From Somniosus microcephalus (lineage: Eukaryota): a stretch of DNA of 64,000 nt. Positions 50,001 through 63,949 of this stretch are shown here, piece after piece. How positions within the stretch are numbered: position 1 is the stretch's first letter; each line of letters starts with the position of its first letter. A program made the translations under genes and the position numbers. The stretch spans positions 33,914,001-33,978,000 of the forward strand of contig CM126209.1 in the NCBI GenBank assembly GCA_052327205.1. The letters run 5' to 3'. The notes below the pieces were generated by a model, which made no database searches, was not told the DNA's origin, and saw only the letters and a list, made by a program, of their open reading frames with translations.

Positions 50001-53000
50001 AGATTACCCTTCTAATATTTATAAAGGTGACTTTATAATACTAAAAAGGAATTCTGTAACTGGACTTGGCCAAGCTTATGGAATCAAATGTAACTGCTTA
50101 GTTTGTTTTCACTTTTTTAAAATAAAGTACAGCCCTTTTGGAGCATTAGAAAAGGAGTCTTGCCCAAAGCTCTCCTCAACAAACCACTTCCATTAGCTCC
50201 CTTCTATTACTTGAAATAAACCATTGCGCCTGCAGCAACACAGCCTGGACAAAAGTCCAAACTATGTTTAACAATGAGGAGGAATGTGCATTAAATTTTA
50301 TAACAATCTTTGCATAAGAGTACTAAACAATGCCACACTGTCTATCGGACACACTCCCGGAGCTCAATCTAGCCTCACAAATACCAAAGGGAATGCACAT
50401 ACAACCACTAAGCTACGAAGCGCTGGTTGCCAACAGCCTCTGTAAACAATTAGGGAAAAGGTTCACAATTTACGAGGCCTCAGGTCCCCAGCAACAATTC
50501 ATAAATCACAATAAATCATAATCTGGTCCAGACTGCCCCTGCCGCCCTGCCAACAGCTATGAAGTAAATAAGATCTTCCTGCCCCAGCCTGAAACAGAGC
50601 AAGGATCTCGACAATGAACTGGGACACAACATTAACTTGAGCACAGGACTGGAAAACCAAATAAGCAAATACAAATGAAATCAGCCGTTACTTTTTTCTT
50701 AACTAAAACTTCCCACCCGCCACAGACACTGAGCAAGGACTGAAAATGATAGAATTGCAGTCATGAAATACAATGGCAGGATCTACCTTTTCTCTTTTTT
50801 TAAATGCACGTGTACATACAAACTTTTAAATAAACTTGCAACATCACGCAGTGTTTTGAACACCAAAGTGAAAGATTGCTATGTACGAAGGAATTTTCGT
50901 TATTGTAATGATTGCTTACAAATCCTACGTTGACAGAGACAAATCCGAATAGACAAGTCAAAGTCTATACTTGGAAAACCATGTTGTTCAGTAAAAGGAT
51001 CTACAAAAGCCAAGGGCTCCATGATAAACTGGAGAATTTTCTTAAATAATCGAACACAAATCGTGGGCTAAGAGTTATCTTTCACAATGTTTTTGGATCC
51101 CATATTTCATGATTTCTTTCTTTCTCTCATTAATTTTAATTTACATTTTTGAAAGAAGCAAAATACCCAAACAAGTTCTGTTTTTTAAGTCCAAAAAAGA
51201 CGAGAACAAGTTATTCTGTATTGATTAAAAATCAAAATCAAGAGACTGACTAAAACCACAGAAAAATCAAAAGTTCATAAACAAGGCCAGCTAACATTAC
51301 ACTGCGAAAAATGACATGCCAGGAATGTTGCCCATCACTACTGCCAACGCAAACACTGTCACACAAAGATTCCTGGATCCTACGCAAACCAGAGATTAAT
51401 TAAGAAACAATATGAGACAAACTAGTGTACAAGGTAGGAGCTCCCGAGGTAGGCACATATGCATTACTGAGTCTTGTAAACCTAACAATACCACTGCTGC
51501 CGAGAAGACAGCACACAACACAAATACTGTAATGCTGGATTGCACATCTTTTTCAAAAGAGAGCCTGTGCTGTTCTGAAAACTCTTGCATTCTTGACGAT
51601 AAGACACATAAGCACTTACCAACACTTGCACAAACCCATTCAAAAAATAATGTTAAACTTGGAAACCAAAAACACACGAAAATCAGATATAGTCTTAAAA
51701 TGTAGTTAAAAGAGTTTAAATCCAATTGAAAAGAGAAAAAAACACTATAGGCGTGAAGTGTCCTAACAGGACAGAACTACTGAACACATGGGGAACTTTT
51801 TCCCAAACAATCATAGCACCAATTGGACATTACGCCCACAACTTCTTCCTGCACTTTACACTGGTTTTCCTTGTTGTTCGACAGGCTAAACAAATGAATT
51901 TTAGTGGTAGCTAACTCTACATTTTCGATTTAACCAACAAAAAATAACATTAAACGGAGCATAAATAAGACACAAAGCAAGTTACAGATGGTTTAGTTCA
52001 ACACTTTCACCAGAAAATAATGTAGTGAATAAAATGTCACCAGACCAACAAACATGAAATCAGATAATTTTAAAATGTAGTTAGAGTTTAAATCCAATTT
52101 TTTTTTTTTTTTTTTTTAAACATAAAAAAGGTATTTCTTTTTGTACTGCTCTTTATTCCAAATAGTATACCACATTAAAGTACTTGTGGAACACAGGCAA
52201 TATAAAGAAATTGGAAAAAAACTCAAAATAGAGAGCTCAACCTCATGCTATAAAAAACAGTACAGTATTAGTGGTGCAAAATATGGAAATCTTGAGGCAC
52301 ATTTTATATTTTAGATAATAAAATGGTACATTACAGTACTGTTATCAGGACAGCTCAGTAGAAATATCATGAATTGACGTGGCCCCATGTTATTGATGCA
52401 CTGACCCCATTATCATGTGGTGACAGTTTTAGTTTGAACTCATCACATCACACCTTCTTTAAGAAAGCTCCGACTGAAAACAGGAGATCAAATTAAATTG
52501 TAATAACGGGGTGTTTAGGAATGGAAGCAAGCTGCAGAGACTGGGAACTTTCTGCATGGGCATAATTTATATTTAAAAAAGAACATTAATAAGGTCCTAA
52601 CTGTACAATCAAGATCAACAGACTACACTTTACACTCAAAACCACAAACCAAGCCTCTAACCATAGCTGGTTCATATGAATTCTAACACTCAGATAAAAA
52701 AAATGTATGCTGGGGCTGAGGACAATTATGAACCGAGTAATTTGAAATCAGAAACCTGCACACTTTACATTTGTGGTTTCAAACTGTGAACCAATTCTCC
52801 TTTTACTGAAACCGCTTATTTTGCATACTGGGTTAATCTCCCCCGTGACAGATTCCTAAATAGTGTAGATTTTTTTAACCAATAATTTTGTTATTTAACT
52901 CTTTTAAAAAGGATCGCAGGGGTATTTTGCCACACAGTTTCAGGAAGGATTAGGATTTTTGAAGAGTTAAACGTACTTCCCCTTTTATTTCATTGCATAG

Positions 53001-56000
53001 GGTATAAAAGCAGGCAAGTGTGTTGTAGAGTGTAAAGGACAACTCTGGCTGTTCATAGGGGGGGGAAAAAAAGAGGGAAACTACTATATGCTTTCCAATT
53101 TTTTTCATCAACAAAATGCATACATAAAAAATTCAGATAGAAAGAGCACCATATATTGAATAGCAAGTTGTACTATTGACAAAGGGAAAAATACAGACAA
53201 CGCTCAAAAAATTCCAAATGGTACCAAAAGATTAATCTTAAATGCACATTGTAATGTACGTTACTGTTTACTATACTTAACAAGTAGATTTGTTTCCCTG
53301 ACAGCTTCCAACTTTTATTTTACAATTGGATTATACTACTTAATAAAGAACCAGGCAACTATGCCAGGAACACTGCAGCTTATTTCTTGTGATGTGCATT
53401 CAGCTGTATTTATAGAAACAGAACTTTAAAAACTACATTTGTATTTCTTACATGAAGCACAAACTTATTTTCAGTTTAGTCTCGCAAAACCCCAAAACTT
53501 TGACTTCAATAATTGCAGAAGAAATGATTGCACTGGTCTATAGACAATTTTTTTTTTTTTTTTTTTTTTTTTTTGGAGTGGGGGAACAATTATTCAAGCT
53601 CCCAATGCTAGTTAGAGACAAGACTTGTCTTTCTGCCTGAGGTACCTCTTGTTGCTGCGTTTACACTGCGCTGCTCCTGCAATATCAGTTAGTACATCTT
53701 TTTGCCATTTGAGCTCGCCAAACCCATTTGTACTAGCAGCTGGAACTGGGCACCTCTCTGCTGCTGTCCCAGCAAGAAACAGCCAACATCTGCTTCAGCG
53801 CATCCAATCACTCTTAGCACATCCATTCCCCTTTGACTAATGTGCACCGACACTCGTATATCACCTGCAAATTGGCCCAAATGAATTAACCAGTGCTCTG
53901 CTTAACATTACGAGATTTAAATGGATTTTCTCTCTACAGGTCTCCTCAATAATTGCATTTATCCATCTTGTTGAAATACAGTTTACACTTGCTAACATCA
54001 TTCCAATTCAAGCTACATTTTCTGCTCCAGTGGCAGGAACACTGGAGATTTGTCATCATATCATAACGGGTAATTCAAACAACAATTAGTTCTATGACTG
54101 CCCGTATGTCAACATCTGCTCCAGTAAGCGCAGCTTCAGTCCCCCACACAGCTCGCGAAGATGAATTGTGCTTACTAGTCTTCAATTTGGATACAAGCTT
54201 AACAAGTCAATGCTTCAAAAGCAGAAGCCTCATTACACATTTTTTTTTTATAAATTGTGCTGTAAAAGGAAAGTGTTTTTTTTTTAAAAAGGGAGGCAGT
54301 GCAGTCGTCTTACTTTAATTAAATGTTACACTTCACTAAGCCTTTTTTCAAAAAATAAACAATTTAAAAATAAAAACAGTATTTTGTTCATAAAATCATC
54401 AATTATTTGTGATTCTTATTAATTTGAATCAAACTGGAACTTGCTAAATACTTTACCCTTCAAAAATATATATATTTTTTTTTACTACTTTGGGCCAGAT
54501 TTCCTTTACTATATAAAAATGTCCTACAGAAAGAGAGGGTAAAATATAGTAACTGTCAGCGCCAATACATCATAAAGCTTTCCAGTCTATTGCTACAAAA
54601 CCAGTTTCAATGAGGCAATTATAAAATTGTTTTTGATGCTAAACAGCACCAACTCCCATTTTTTAAAGCATCTACCCAGTGTTTCATGCATTAAGTTCCA
54701 ATGTAAACAAGAATACAATTGATGAAACCCAAGGCAAGGCTGGGCTAGGCAACAGTTGTACAGAACAGAGCTGGTAATGAGCACTGCTAGACAGCTGAAG
54801 TCTCGTGCAGAATTGCTAGGAGATGAGTACTTCTGCATTCAAAAAAAAATAGAATGGAACAATGTAACTAACTCCTAGGCAACAAGCACCAATTCAGCTG
54901 TGTAAACACAAGCTCCCTCTCTCTTCTCCACCCCCCCACCACACCCCCCTCAAAAAATCCTCATTATCTGTAGAGCTCCAGAAACTCCTCAACCCTATTA
55001 CACACATTTCTGAACTATAGGATACAATGTCAGCTGGGTACAGGGTACGATTTCAATCGCTTTGTTTTCAGGTTTTCTGCCTTTAACATCTGAAATATTT
55101 ACCAAGATTCAGAGGGGAGCTAATTAAAACACCACACAATCAGTTGACAAACAGACAAACCGTGCTAACATTCGACATGTATTCGGGCAGAGGAACAATC
55201 TACAGGTAGTGTTTGCCACTGGTATTCTAAGATCAAAAGAGTAGACGCTTTTCTTCTCCAACTCGCCGCCCAATACGGTTGTAGAACATGGGGAGTCCGT
55301 GCTCAAGATTCCTCACCGGACAGGTTCCTGGAGTCAGTCAAGTTGTCAAGAGGCACCGAGTAGAGACCAGGTACTATCTTCAAGCAAGTTATGTTGGGCC
55401 ACTCTCTTGCAACCAGTAGGAGCTGAAGGCATGTTTACATTGACATATGTTTAGTTTGGAGATTGGCATCTGCGCACCAGCTTTGCACGTTTACATTGCT
55501 AACCCTCATCAAAAATGCAGGTCCATAATTCTGCCACTTTGATAAGGGAGCCAGTTTTAGCAGTGCAACGTGCAGGAAAGTGGCACATGGATGGCATCCT
55601 CCCACAATCCAAACTAAACAAGCACCAATGGAAAAAAAAAATTAAGAGGTACGACATGGAACTTTTTTTTAAATTCCCTGCAATGCTATAATATGTGAAG
55701 AACTTAACTTTTGGGTTTGTGATAGGTTAGCAGTTTTGTACTTCCTGCAAAACAGTCAATACCACCACCTGGAGTCACACAAAGCCATACACACCAGAAG
55801 GTCAGAGGTTCAGTTACTGTTCTGTGCCTAGTTAGCTGATCTCAGCCAAGCCAGCAATTTGGAAACTACAATTTGCCTAAGTGCTCCTGGAGTTGGGCAA
55901 GGGGGAGGGGGAAAAGGAGATGGGGAGATATCAATCGGAACTCCCACTCTTAAATCACTATCCCAACCACGCCAGCTAAAACGTGTGCGTGCATGGACAT

Positions 56001-56063
56001 CAGGCGAGAGCAGGACTGGGCAGAATTTACAACTTTTATTGTTGCATATATAATGAAATGTCA

Positions 56064-56172
56064 ATCGGGGAAAGGGCAGGGGAGTGGGACTCGCTGAAAT
56101 GCTCTTGCAGAGAGCTGGAACGGGCTCGACGGGCCGAATGGCCTCCTTCTGTGCTGTAACCAGTCTATGATA
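56064..56172 (+). mobile_element. CR1 3' terminal fragment
   Basis: cggggaaagggcaggggagtgggac...gggccgaatggcctccttctgtgctgtaac. Confidence 0.8.
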
Positions 56173-56369
56173 TGGCAGTGGAAAGGCAGTAACACATTTC
56201 TAAATTAAAACCTGTACTAGACTGGATGCCATAGAGAGCGGTAGAACCCCATGTCAAACTGTGCTCAACCAAGCTAAAAATCCATTTAGACTACAATACT
56301 GAATACACCGCCTCATCAATCCTACAGCACAATGCACTATTATTTACATCAATTGCTGCAATAAGAAAT

Positions 56370-57020
56370 ACTTGCACCTCATGTTAAAACATTTCAAAGT
56401 GCTTCACACAATTAATCACTTTTACTTTTTGAAGTGCAGTGACCGTTGTGTAGGAAAATGTGCCAACCTTTTTGCGCCACCCACGGACCACAGACACCAA
56501 TGAGATTAATGCCCAGTTAATCTGCTCGTTACGGCATTGGGTGAGGGAAGAATATTGCTCGACACTTAAGAACTTCCTGCTCTTCTTCAATTAGTGTCAT
56601 GGGCTCTTCAGCATCTACCTGAACAGGCAGGTATGTACCTTCTTCTTAGGCAGTCCCTCGGAACCGAGGATGACTTGCTTCCACATTAAAAATGAGTTCG
56701 CAGGTGACTGATGAGTCCAATGCGGGACCTACAGTCTCTGTCACAGGTGGGGCCTACCGCAAGGACGTCCACATCACCCGCGCCATGACAGGAGCAGACG
56801 ACTGCTGGACAGACCACCGCCTAATCCGCTCTGTCATCTCCATCAATGTAGCCCCAAAACAGCGGCGGCAACAGAAACAAGGTATGTATGATCTCTGTTT
56901 AACCCTCATCTGAAGGACAGCAAGTTCAACAATGCAAATCCCTTTAGTACTGCACTGAATGTTAACCCGGTATGTGACTCAGACCCACTGACAGGAATAC
57001 CCTGCAAATATAACCAACTC
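56370..57020 (-). mobile_element. Deu-domain SINE interrupted by an RTE insertion
   Basis: tttttgaagtgcagtgaccgttgtgtaggaaaatg (Deu 3' part, reversed); body resumes after 56888 (gtttaaccctcatctgaaggacagca). Confidence 0.65.
56638..56879 (-). mobile_element. RTE (BovB-like clade) insertion: 3' end plus inverted endonuclease fragment, 9-bp TSD
   Basis: 56641-56752 matches the 3' end of the 60.7-kb RTE; 56753-56879 reads DVHITRAMTGADDCWTDHRLIRS on plus; TSD aggtatgta at 56629-56637 and 56880-56888. Confidence 0.9.
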
Positions 57021-57717
57021 TCAAGTTCAATCAATTAAACCCAAAACAGTATATACACTTGATGAAGAACATGACAACAGTCGTTATAAACAGCAGCAGT
57101 CCGGGGATCCAGATAATTATCCCTTCAACTAATAACCTGTTTTTTTTTTAAGATTAGAGAAAAATAAAACATCTTTCTTTATTCCCACACCTAATTAGTT
57201 TCCACAATTAGATTTAGCAAAAGCTTATTACACAAAAAAAACTAGAGTGCATGCAGGCCCTTAAAACTAAATTCGACATATAAACCTTCACAAAAGAGAT
57301 CTGTAAGTCCTCTATTTACATAAAATAAATACAGAATAACCATTCTAAACTTTAGTCTAGGCTCGGGGTTCCAGGAGATGGAATTAGAGTAAAGATGGCT
57401 CTGATGGAGGAGTTAACACTGGCACATGCTACAATGGTCCCTTTTGTGAAAATTGTATGATTTTAAGAATTAGAAATCAGTTAACCTTTGCTCTCATAGT
57501 TACACCAGCTGAACCCAGGTTTAGATCCACTCCAGCATACCATTATTTATAATGCATAATTGGGAATGTTTGAGCAGCAACTCTCAGTTCTGGGTTATAT
57601 TTAGTGCTGGCAGTTTTGACGCGGAGTAGGAGAACACCTCATACCTTTGATGTGCAATGACCTTCACATTGAATGATTGACTGTGAAGTTATTTCTGCAG
57701 ATGTATTGGTAATGTCA

Positions 57718-58170
57718 AGGTATCAGTTTGGCTCAGTTACTGGCACTCTCACCTCTGAATCACAAGACTGTAGGTTCAAGCTCCAGTCCAGGTCTTCAGA
57801 AATCCAGTGACGTACTGAGAGAGTATTGCACGGTCATGGGTTCAGTCCTTCAGATGAGACATTAAGCCAAGGCCCCGTCTACTTCCTCCAGTGAATGTGA
57901 AGAATCAGATGCCACTACTGAATAAAACAGCTGGGATTTCTCTCCATTTCCTGCTCAGCATTCCTCTGCCAACCAGCACCCCATTCCTTCCCGCCCCCAA
58001 CAAAAGATTAAACGGCCATTCACTGACATTCTATTTTGGGATCTTGCTGTGTGCAAAATGGATGCTAGGTTTGTCTATGTAACAACAGTCACTGCACTTC
58101 AAAAGTAATTCATTGTACGTGGAAGCATTTCTGATAGATGCGATATGGCATTAAATAAACACAATTCTTT
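57718..58170 (+). mobile_element. Deu-domain SINE
   Basis: Head tggctcagttactggcactctcacctctgaatcacaagactgtaggttcaag; core tttgggatcttgctgtgtgcaaaatggatgct...caacagtcactgcacttcaaaagta. Confidence 0.8.
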
Positions 58171-58525
58171 CAATTAATCTACAACTGGCTACTCAAATTT
58201 TACAGTCAGTACAAGTTAGAAACAAACATCAGTCCAGCGGAAATTAGTACCTCAAAAATATCAATGTTTAAAACAAACATAACACTACTATTATTGGAAT
58301 GAATTTCAACATCTGTTAAGGCTGCCTCAGTAACACCACTGTTACACCAAGTAACTTCAGTCGAGCTTCCAAATGCAGCTCTGTACATTTGGGATTTCAA
58401 CCTATGATGAATGCACATTGATCCAGCATGTTTGTGTCCGAGTTTCTTCCCAAAACTTCTGGCATTGATGGGGGAAGGGGGCCAAGAGCTATTAAAGCGA
58501 GCATATTCTCTGTAAAGAGAAGGGA

Positions 58526-58834
58526 AGAAATCACAGAAATCACAGAAACCCCACAGTGCAGATAGAGGCCATTTCGGCCCATCGAGCCTGCACTGACACA
58601 TATCCCACCCGATCCCCGTAACCCCTACACCAACACATATCCCACCCTATCCCCATAACCCCACGTATTTAATCCCCCTAACACTAAGGGTCAATTTATC
58701 ATAGCCAATCAACCTAACCTGCACATCTTTGGACTGTGGGAGGAAACCGGAGCACCCGGAGTAAACCCACGCAAACACGGGGAGAATGTGCAAACTCCAC
58801 ACAGACAGTTGCCCGAGGCCGGATTTGAACCCGG
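58526..58834 (-). mobile_element. HE1/V-SINE copy, 5'-truncated
   Basis: Reverse complement nearly identical to 38781-39120; (atttctgtg)n tail. Confidence 0.92.
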
Positions 58835-60749
58835 TGAGATGAGGTGCAAGGGTTTCCAAGTTGTCGAATTGATGGCAGCCATGTATTTGGACCGCCGATG
58901 ACTTCACTTTTGTCACTATTCATTACACTAGTAGAAAAGCAAAGAATCCCGAGGTTTGCTTGGCAACCCTGACTTTCAAAAAAGACCTGATTACGCACCT
59001 GGGAAGCGCCCTGGGATGTTTTCCTACATTAAAAAGGTGTTCTATAAATGCAAGTTGTTGTCGTACAGTGGAAGTTCCAAATTGGGCAATAATTTTCAAA
59101 CATGAGTTCAGATATTTGAGTTTGTTTTAAACCCAGGGCCAAGAGGTGAAGAGTGTACTGTCCCACCCCACTACACCACAACAGTCTGACAGATTGTTAT
59201 ATAAAGGCATGAAATTAATTGATTAAAAAATTCAGTTCCACATGACAGTAATCAAGGAGGTCACAAAACACTGACGCAGCTTTTCTTTAGAAATGATGCA
59301 AATACATTTGATAATGAAGTGGTACATTGGGTCAGTATAGAATACCACAGTGAATAGTCAGGAAGAATCATCAGTATTCGTTAGCACTCACGGTGCAGTT
59401 AAACTCTACGGGTAATATCACAAAGGTAGTAGACCGCCTCTGCTCTCACCCAGAGTCTGAAGTGCTAAATATACTTGTGACACAAAAATTCAGTAAGGTG
59501 GATCAGAGAAACATGAAACTGTAAAAAGCCATTACACGCTATATTCTTTGATAAACTTAATAATTAAAAAAAATCTTGGCACAGTTTTAGCACAAGATTA
59601 AGCCATAGTTCTCAACGTATTAGATAACTTGCATTGAGAGAGAGAAATTGATTGGTATCTCCTCTCCCAACCTCCAAAAATCATTACCCATCATATGGTA
59701 AGTGCTATATTAAAAAGCATGTATATATTTTTTTTAATGGGCAATTTGCAATACAAACATGCAACTCAATTCCTTTTACACCAATTTACATTTAGAAAAT
59801 GGGTTTGCATTAAACTATTTTTCCAGTCAATAAGACTGCCAAATACAACCAGCAGTAAAACTGACAATATGAAAGGTTTAAATCCAGTTTAAGCTTATGC
59901 ATAATTTTGCACAAAATCCTATCATAATCCCACGATTACGGAATTAAATAGATTCAATCTTTGGGACTACACCTGCACCACTACATTTCTTATATAAAAT
60001 GAATGAATGGAAAATGCCACGCTCTTTCCCAAGCTCAAATGCTTAAAATGCTATTACTGGTAATGGCAGGGCCATTTTTGGCAGGAATGGGTTAATTTAG
60101 ACAGGAATAAGGAGCTAATATAAACAATACAACATTATTTATGAGTTATAGCCTTTAACGAAAGTTCAAAGATTCTGCACTTTTGCATATACAACAAGTC
60201 AATTTATGCAGTTCGCACTTACTGATAAGAGAAAATTTACTAGCACGTAATTGCACCCAATTACGGGTCTTTATAGTAATAATCTTGTTCCTACGTAATC
60301 TTAGGTTTGAGTTTTAAACTCAATAGCAAAAGTGTCACTGCTTATATATAACATCTTGGCCCCTGCTTAATGCACCATGTGCAAACAAACACTGTCCCCT
60401 GTTGCCCAGCAAAACAAATAAACCTTTAATAGGAGGGAAAGACCTTGTCCCACTAGACAGAAGTAACCAAGTCACAAAACAATAACAAGAGAATCCAACC
60501 TTGTTAATACGCGGTTTCCATTGCACACACTAACTACACTGAAAGGCATCGGAAGTTAAATGCAACTGTTGGGACATTTATCCCAATTTCCTAACTGTAA
60601 TACCATGGTTGGATTAGATTAGGTAGGAGACATGACAAAAACATACCGACCGACGTGAACACACTAGAAGTATTGTTCATGCTGTTTTAAATAAAAACCA
60701 GACTCATCTGGTGGGTTAACACCAGAGTCGAATCAGCATTTAAAACAAT

Positions 60750-61228
60750 CTTCTTCTTAAGCTGTCCGTCGGAACCGAGAATGACTTGCTTCCACATTAA
60801 AAATGAGTTCTCAGGTGACTGATGAGTCCAATGCGAGACCTACAGTCTCTGTCACAGGTGGGGCAGACGGTGGTTGAAGGGGCAGGCGGGTGGGGTGCTT
60901 GGGTTGACGTGCGCTCCTTGCGCTTGGCTTCCGCTTGCTCCCGGCGAAGAGACTCGAGGTGTTCGACGCCTTCCCGGATGCTTCTCCTCCACTTTGTGCG
61001 GTCTTGGGCCAGGGATTCCCAGGTGTCGATGGGGATGTTACACTTTTTCAAGGAGGCTTTGAGGGTGTCCTTGAAGCGTTTCCTCTGCCCACCTGGGGCT
61101 CTCTTGCCGTGCCGGAGCTCCGAGTAGAGCGCTTGTTTTGGGAGTCTCGTATTGGGCATGCGGACAATGTGACCCGTCCATCGGAGCTGAGCGAGCGTGG
61201 TCAAAGCTTCGATGCTTTGACCACGATG
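60750..61228 (-). mobile_element. RTE (BovB-like clade) LINE 3' fragment, 11-bp TSD
   Basis: QLRWTGHIVRMPNTRLPKQALYSELRHGKRAPGGQRKRFKDTLK...CPTCDRDCRSRIGLISHLRTH; (gaa)n tail; TSD tttaaaacaat at 60739-60749 and 61229-61239. Confidence 0.95.
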
Positions 61229-63479
61229 TTTAAAACAATAGATTAAAGCTGCATTACCAAAATGTTATTTGCAAAAAAAAGTACAGCAGTAAAATATTTG
61301 AAGGGTTTTTTCCCCCTAACAATACAAATTTAAAGTCAGTCCAGCAAATATATTAAAAAAGAGCATCTTTTGGAATTTCTGAATTGCAAGCTAAAAATTC
61401 CTGCATATAACAAGCATCAATTGCACAAGTAGTGAAATGGACAGTGACTCATAAAGCAATTAACAAAATGGCATTAGAAAGGGATGGTGGATTAAGAAAG
61501 GAGTTATACAGTAGTCAAAGGGCAACATAGAAACAATGTTAAGGATAGTGGGACTATACATCAAAGCATTCTAAAACATTTACTGTAATTTCATGTTTAA
61601 CAGTTCCAAAAAAAAAAATCACCTCTTAAATTTGCACGCTACAATATACTCCAAAAAAATTATAGTAGTCACATCACTGTTGCCATTCTCAGTAGCTCTA
61701 CAGCTCGCCCGCTTAGAAAAACTCCCAAAGACACCATTGCTTGAAAATGAGAGGGCAAAAATAATGCTGAACCAAATTTAAAGTGATTTATAAAATAAAC
61801 AAACATTCAGCGCTGCTCCCATTCCAGTCTGCTAATCATAACGTCATTTTCAGCGCGGCACCACAGACGGCATAAGAGAGAACAGGCCACATATTCAAGA
61901 TTTCTTCTGAGATCTTTCTGTGGGCTGTAGCAAGAACTGCAATTTAGGAGAAACAAAAAGTGCAATTGTTCTGCAAGTTAAGAAGCATGAAAAACCTCAA
62001 CTCAAGGAGCGATCTCAACTAGTCACAGATGATCGTAGTAATTTTTAATAAAAAAGGATGTTACAGAATGCAGATTAAGTTTGGAAAAAAACAGACAATG
62101 CATGGTCTTCATAATGTTCTAACTACAGGATAAAAATGTTATACTATTAAATTAAAACAGGGAAAACAAGCAATGAGGTCAAGTTAAAAAAAAACACATT
62201 TTGTTTGGGCTTCACAAAAGCAGGAGAGAAACCAAGCAGGTGAGAAAATCTAGTATTTCAGGACAGGAAGCAGGAAATGGAGCAAGAAATGCCTAATTAC
62301 TATGTACTGATTCCCTGTAAAATTCTGCAAATTGGACATTAGCTTTTTAAAATAATTAAATTTTGTGTTAATACTATTATTCTCTTTTGTGCTACAGCAA
62401 TTCTAAAACTCAAAAGGCCACACACCTTGACATTCACTCCAGTTTACATCCTGCAGGTAACTACATATTGTATGAAAAATTCCAGAGTATTTATTATTAC
62501 AATGGAAGGAAGTCACTACAGACAATTAACGTTAGCTGTGACTGCCACAGTTCGAACAAGGCCTCTAAATGAACCTATTTTCCCCTTCAAATTCCTGTAT
62601 AGTAATTGAATCCTTAACTGTTTTCTTAAGGATTGGAGTTACAAAAACATCCAGCCTTTCTGAATCCATTTGTACTCAATAAGTGCACAGAACAAGATAG
62701 GGCTGAAATTAGGAAAAGACAGACAAGAACCACACACATGGACAGCTCAAGATTATAATAAAGCCCCCCAACTCCAACCCCCCTTTGACAAACATGAATT
62801 CGAATCCCTCATCCCTTTTCTTCTGATAGGCAGCCACTGGGAGGACTGTTCTGTTCTAATTATTCTAACATTAACAGCAATTACAAGTACTACTCAAACA
62901 CCTTTTGTTTCCTGCACAGCTTTTGCCAGCCTGAAATTCCTGCCCTGAGAATGCTCTCACTGGAAGCTGTTCCCCCCACCCCCCCCCCCCACCCCTCAGA
63001 ATGCAACATTAACAAGTTTATCCCTTTCTGCCTATTTTATTCATTTCCCAGTGGCCCAATTGAAATTTTAATGGAAACGTGTCCAGGCGTTTCTTCCCAG
63101 AAAACCAGTGCAGCCCTGGGCAATCCCTGTGGAGGCTGACCCCCCCAAGGAATCGGATACTGTCACAGAACTAGCCCCCTTCCCCCGGCAGGCCTCTTTA
63201 GCCTCAGCAGCAATCCAGGTGTCTATTCAACAGTTTGCACTGGGGTTTAATTTGAAAATTCCATGCATTTTCTCTTTGTCTGAGCATTTCATTACTCTTT
63301 TTTAAACTTACAGGTTTCTCCACTGCAGTAATCACTGGAACAGCAGTAAAGTAAAAACATTGTATTTTTACAGTATTTGATTTTCTGTAGTTATTGCTAC
63401 TTTCTGGCATTTTAAGCTCAGCAGGCCACTGTTGTATTAAGCCCAGGTCACTGTCAAATTTATCCAAAACATTAATTGC

Positions 63480-63900
63480 CAGAATTCAAGCCGATTTCAT
63501 TTTGTAGTTTTGTTAAAATTTGTGACTCTTTTCAATGGCCCCAAATCTGAACTAGCGGTCTTTGCGCATCCAAGTCAATGTCTTTAAACGACCACTGATT
63601 TTAAGATCCTTGCCATTACTTTCAAGTTGCTTCGTGGCCTTGCCCCTTCTTACCTCAGGAATCTCTGTCTGCTGCATGCCCCCGTAGGGATCCTCCACTA
63701 CTGTGGTGCCATTTTACTCCACATTCCCTGTACCTCTCACTCTCCCAGCCATTGTTCCCCATCCCTCTGAAACACTCTCCCTAAATCCCTTACTCTACCA
63801 TGTCCCTCTCTGCTTTCAAAAGCCATTTAATAATCCCTTCTCTCTGACCATGTTTTCACCTCGCAACTTTATGTTTCTGCTTTCTTCCTTCCTGCCCATT
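63480..63900 (+). mobile_element. Old L2 LINE 3' fragment
   Basis: gattttaagatccttgccattactttcaagttgcttcgtggccttgccccttcttacctc (DFKILAITFKLLRGLAPSYL), decayed downstream. Confidence 0.7.
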
Positions 63901-63949
63901 GTCTACTCTTTCCTCTGCCCTACAAAACAATCTGAGGAGTGGTACAGAA

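Noticed and set aside
55020-55100. Possible TCF7L2 exon 4 (LHFQSGSTHYSAYKTIEHQIAVQ-like)
   Set aside because: Only a short ttcaatcg similarity; no matching peptide or splice sites. That exon probably lies beyond the window or is absent.
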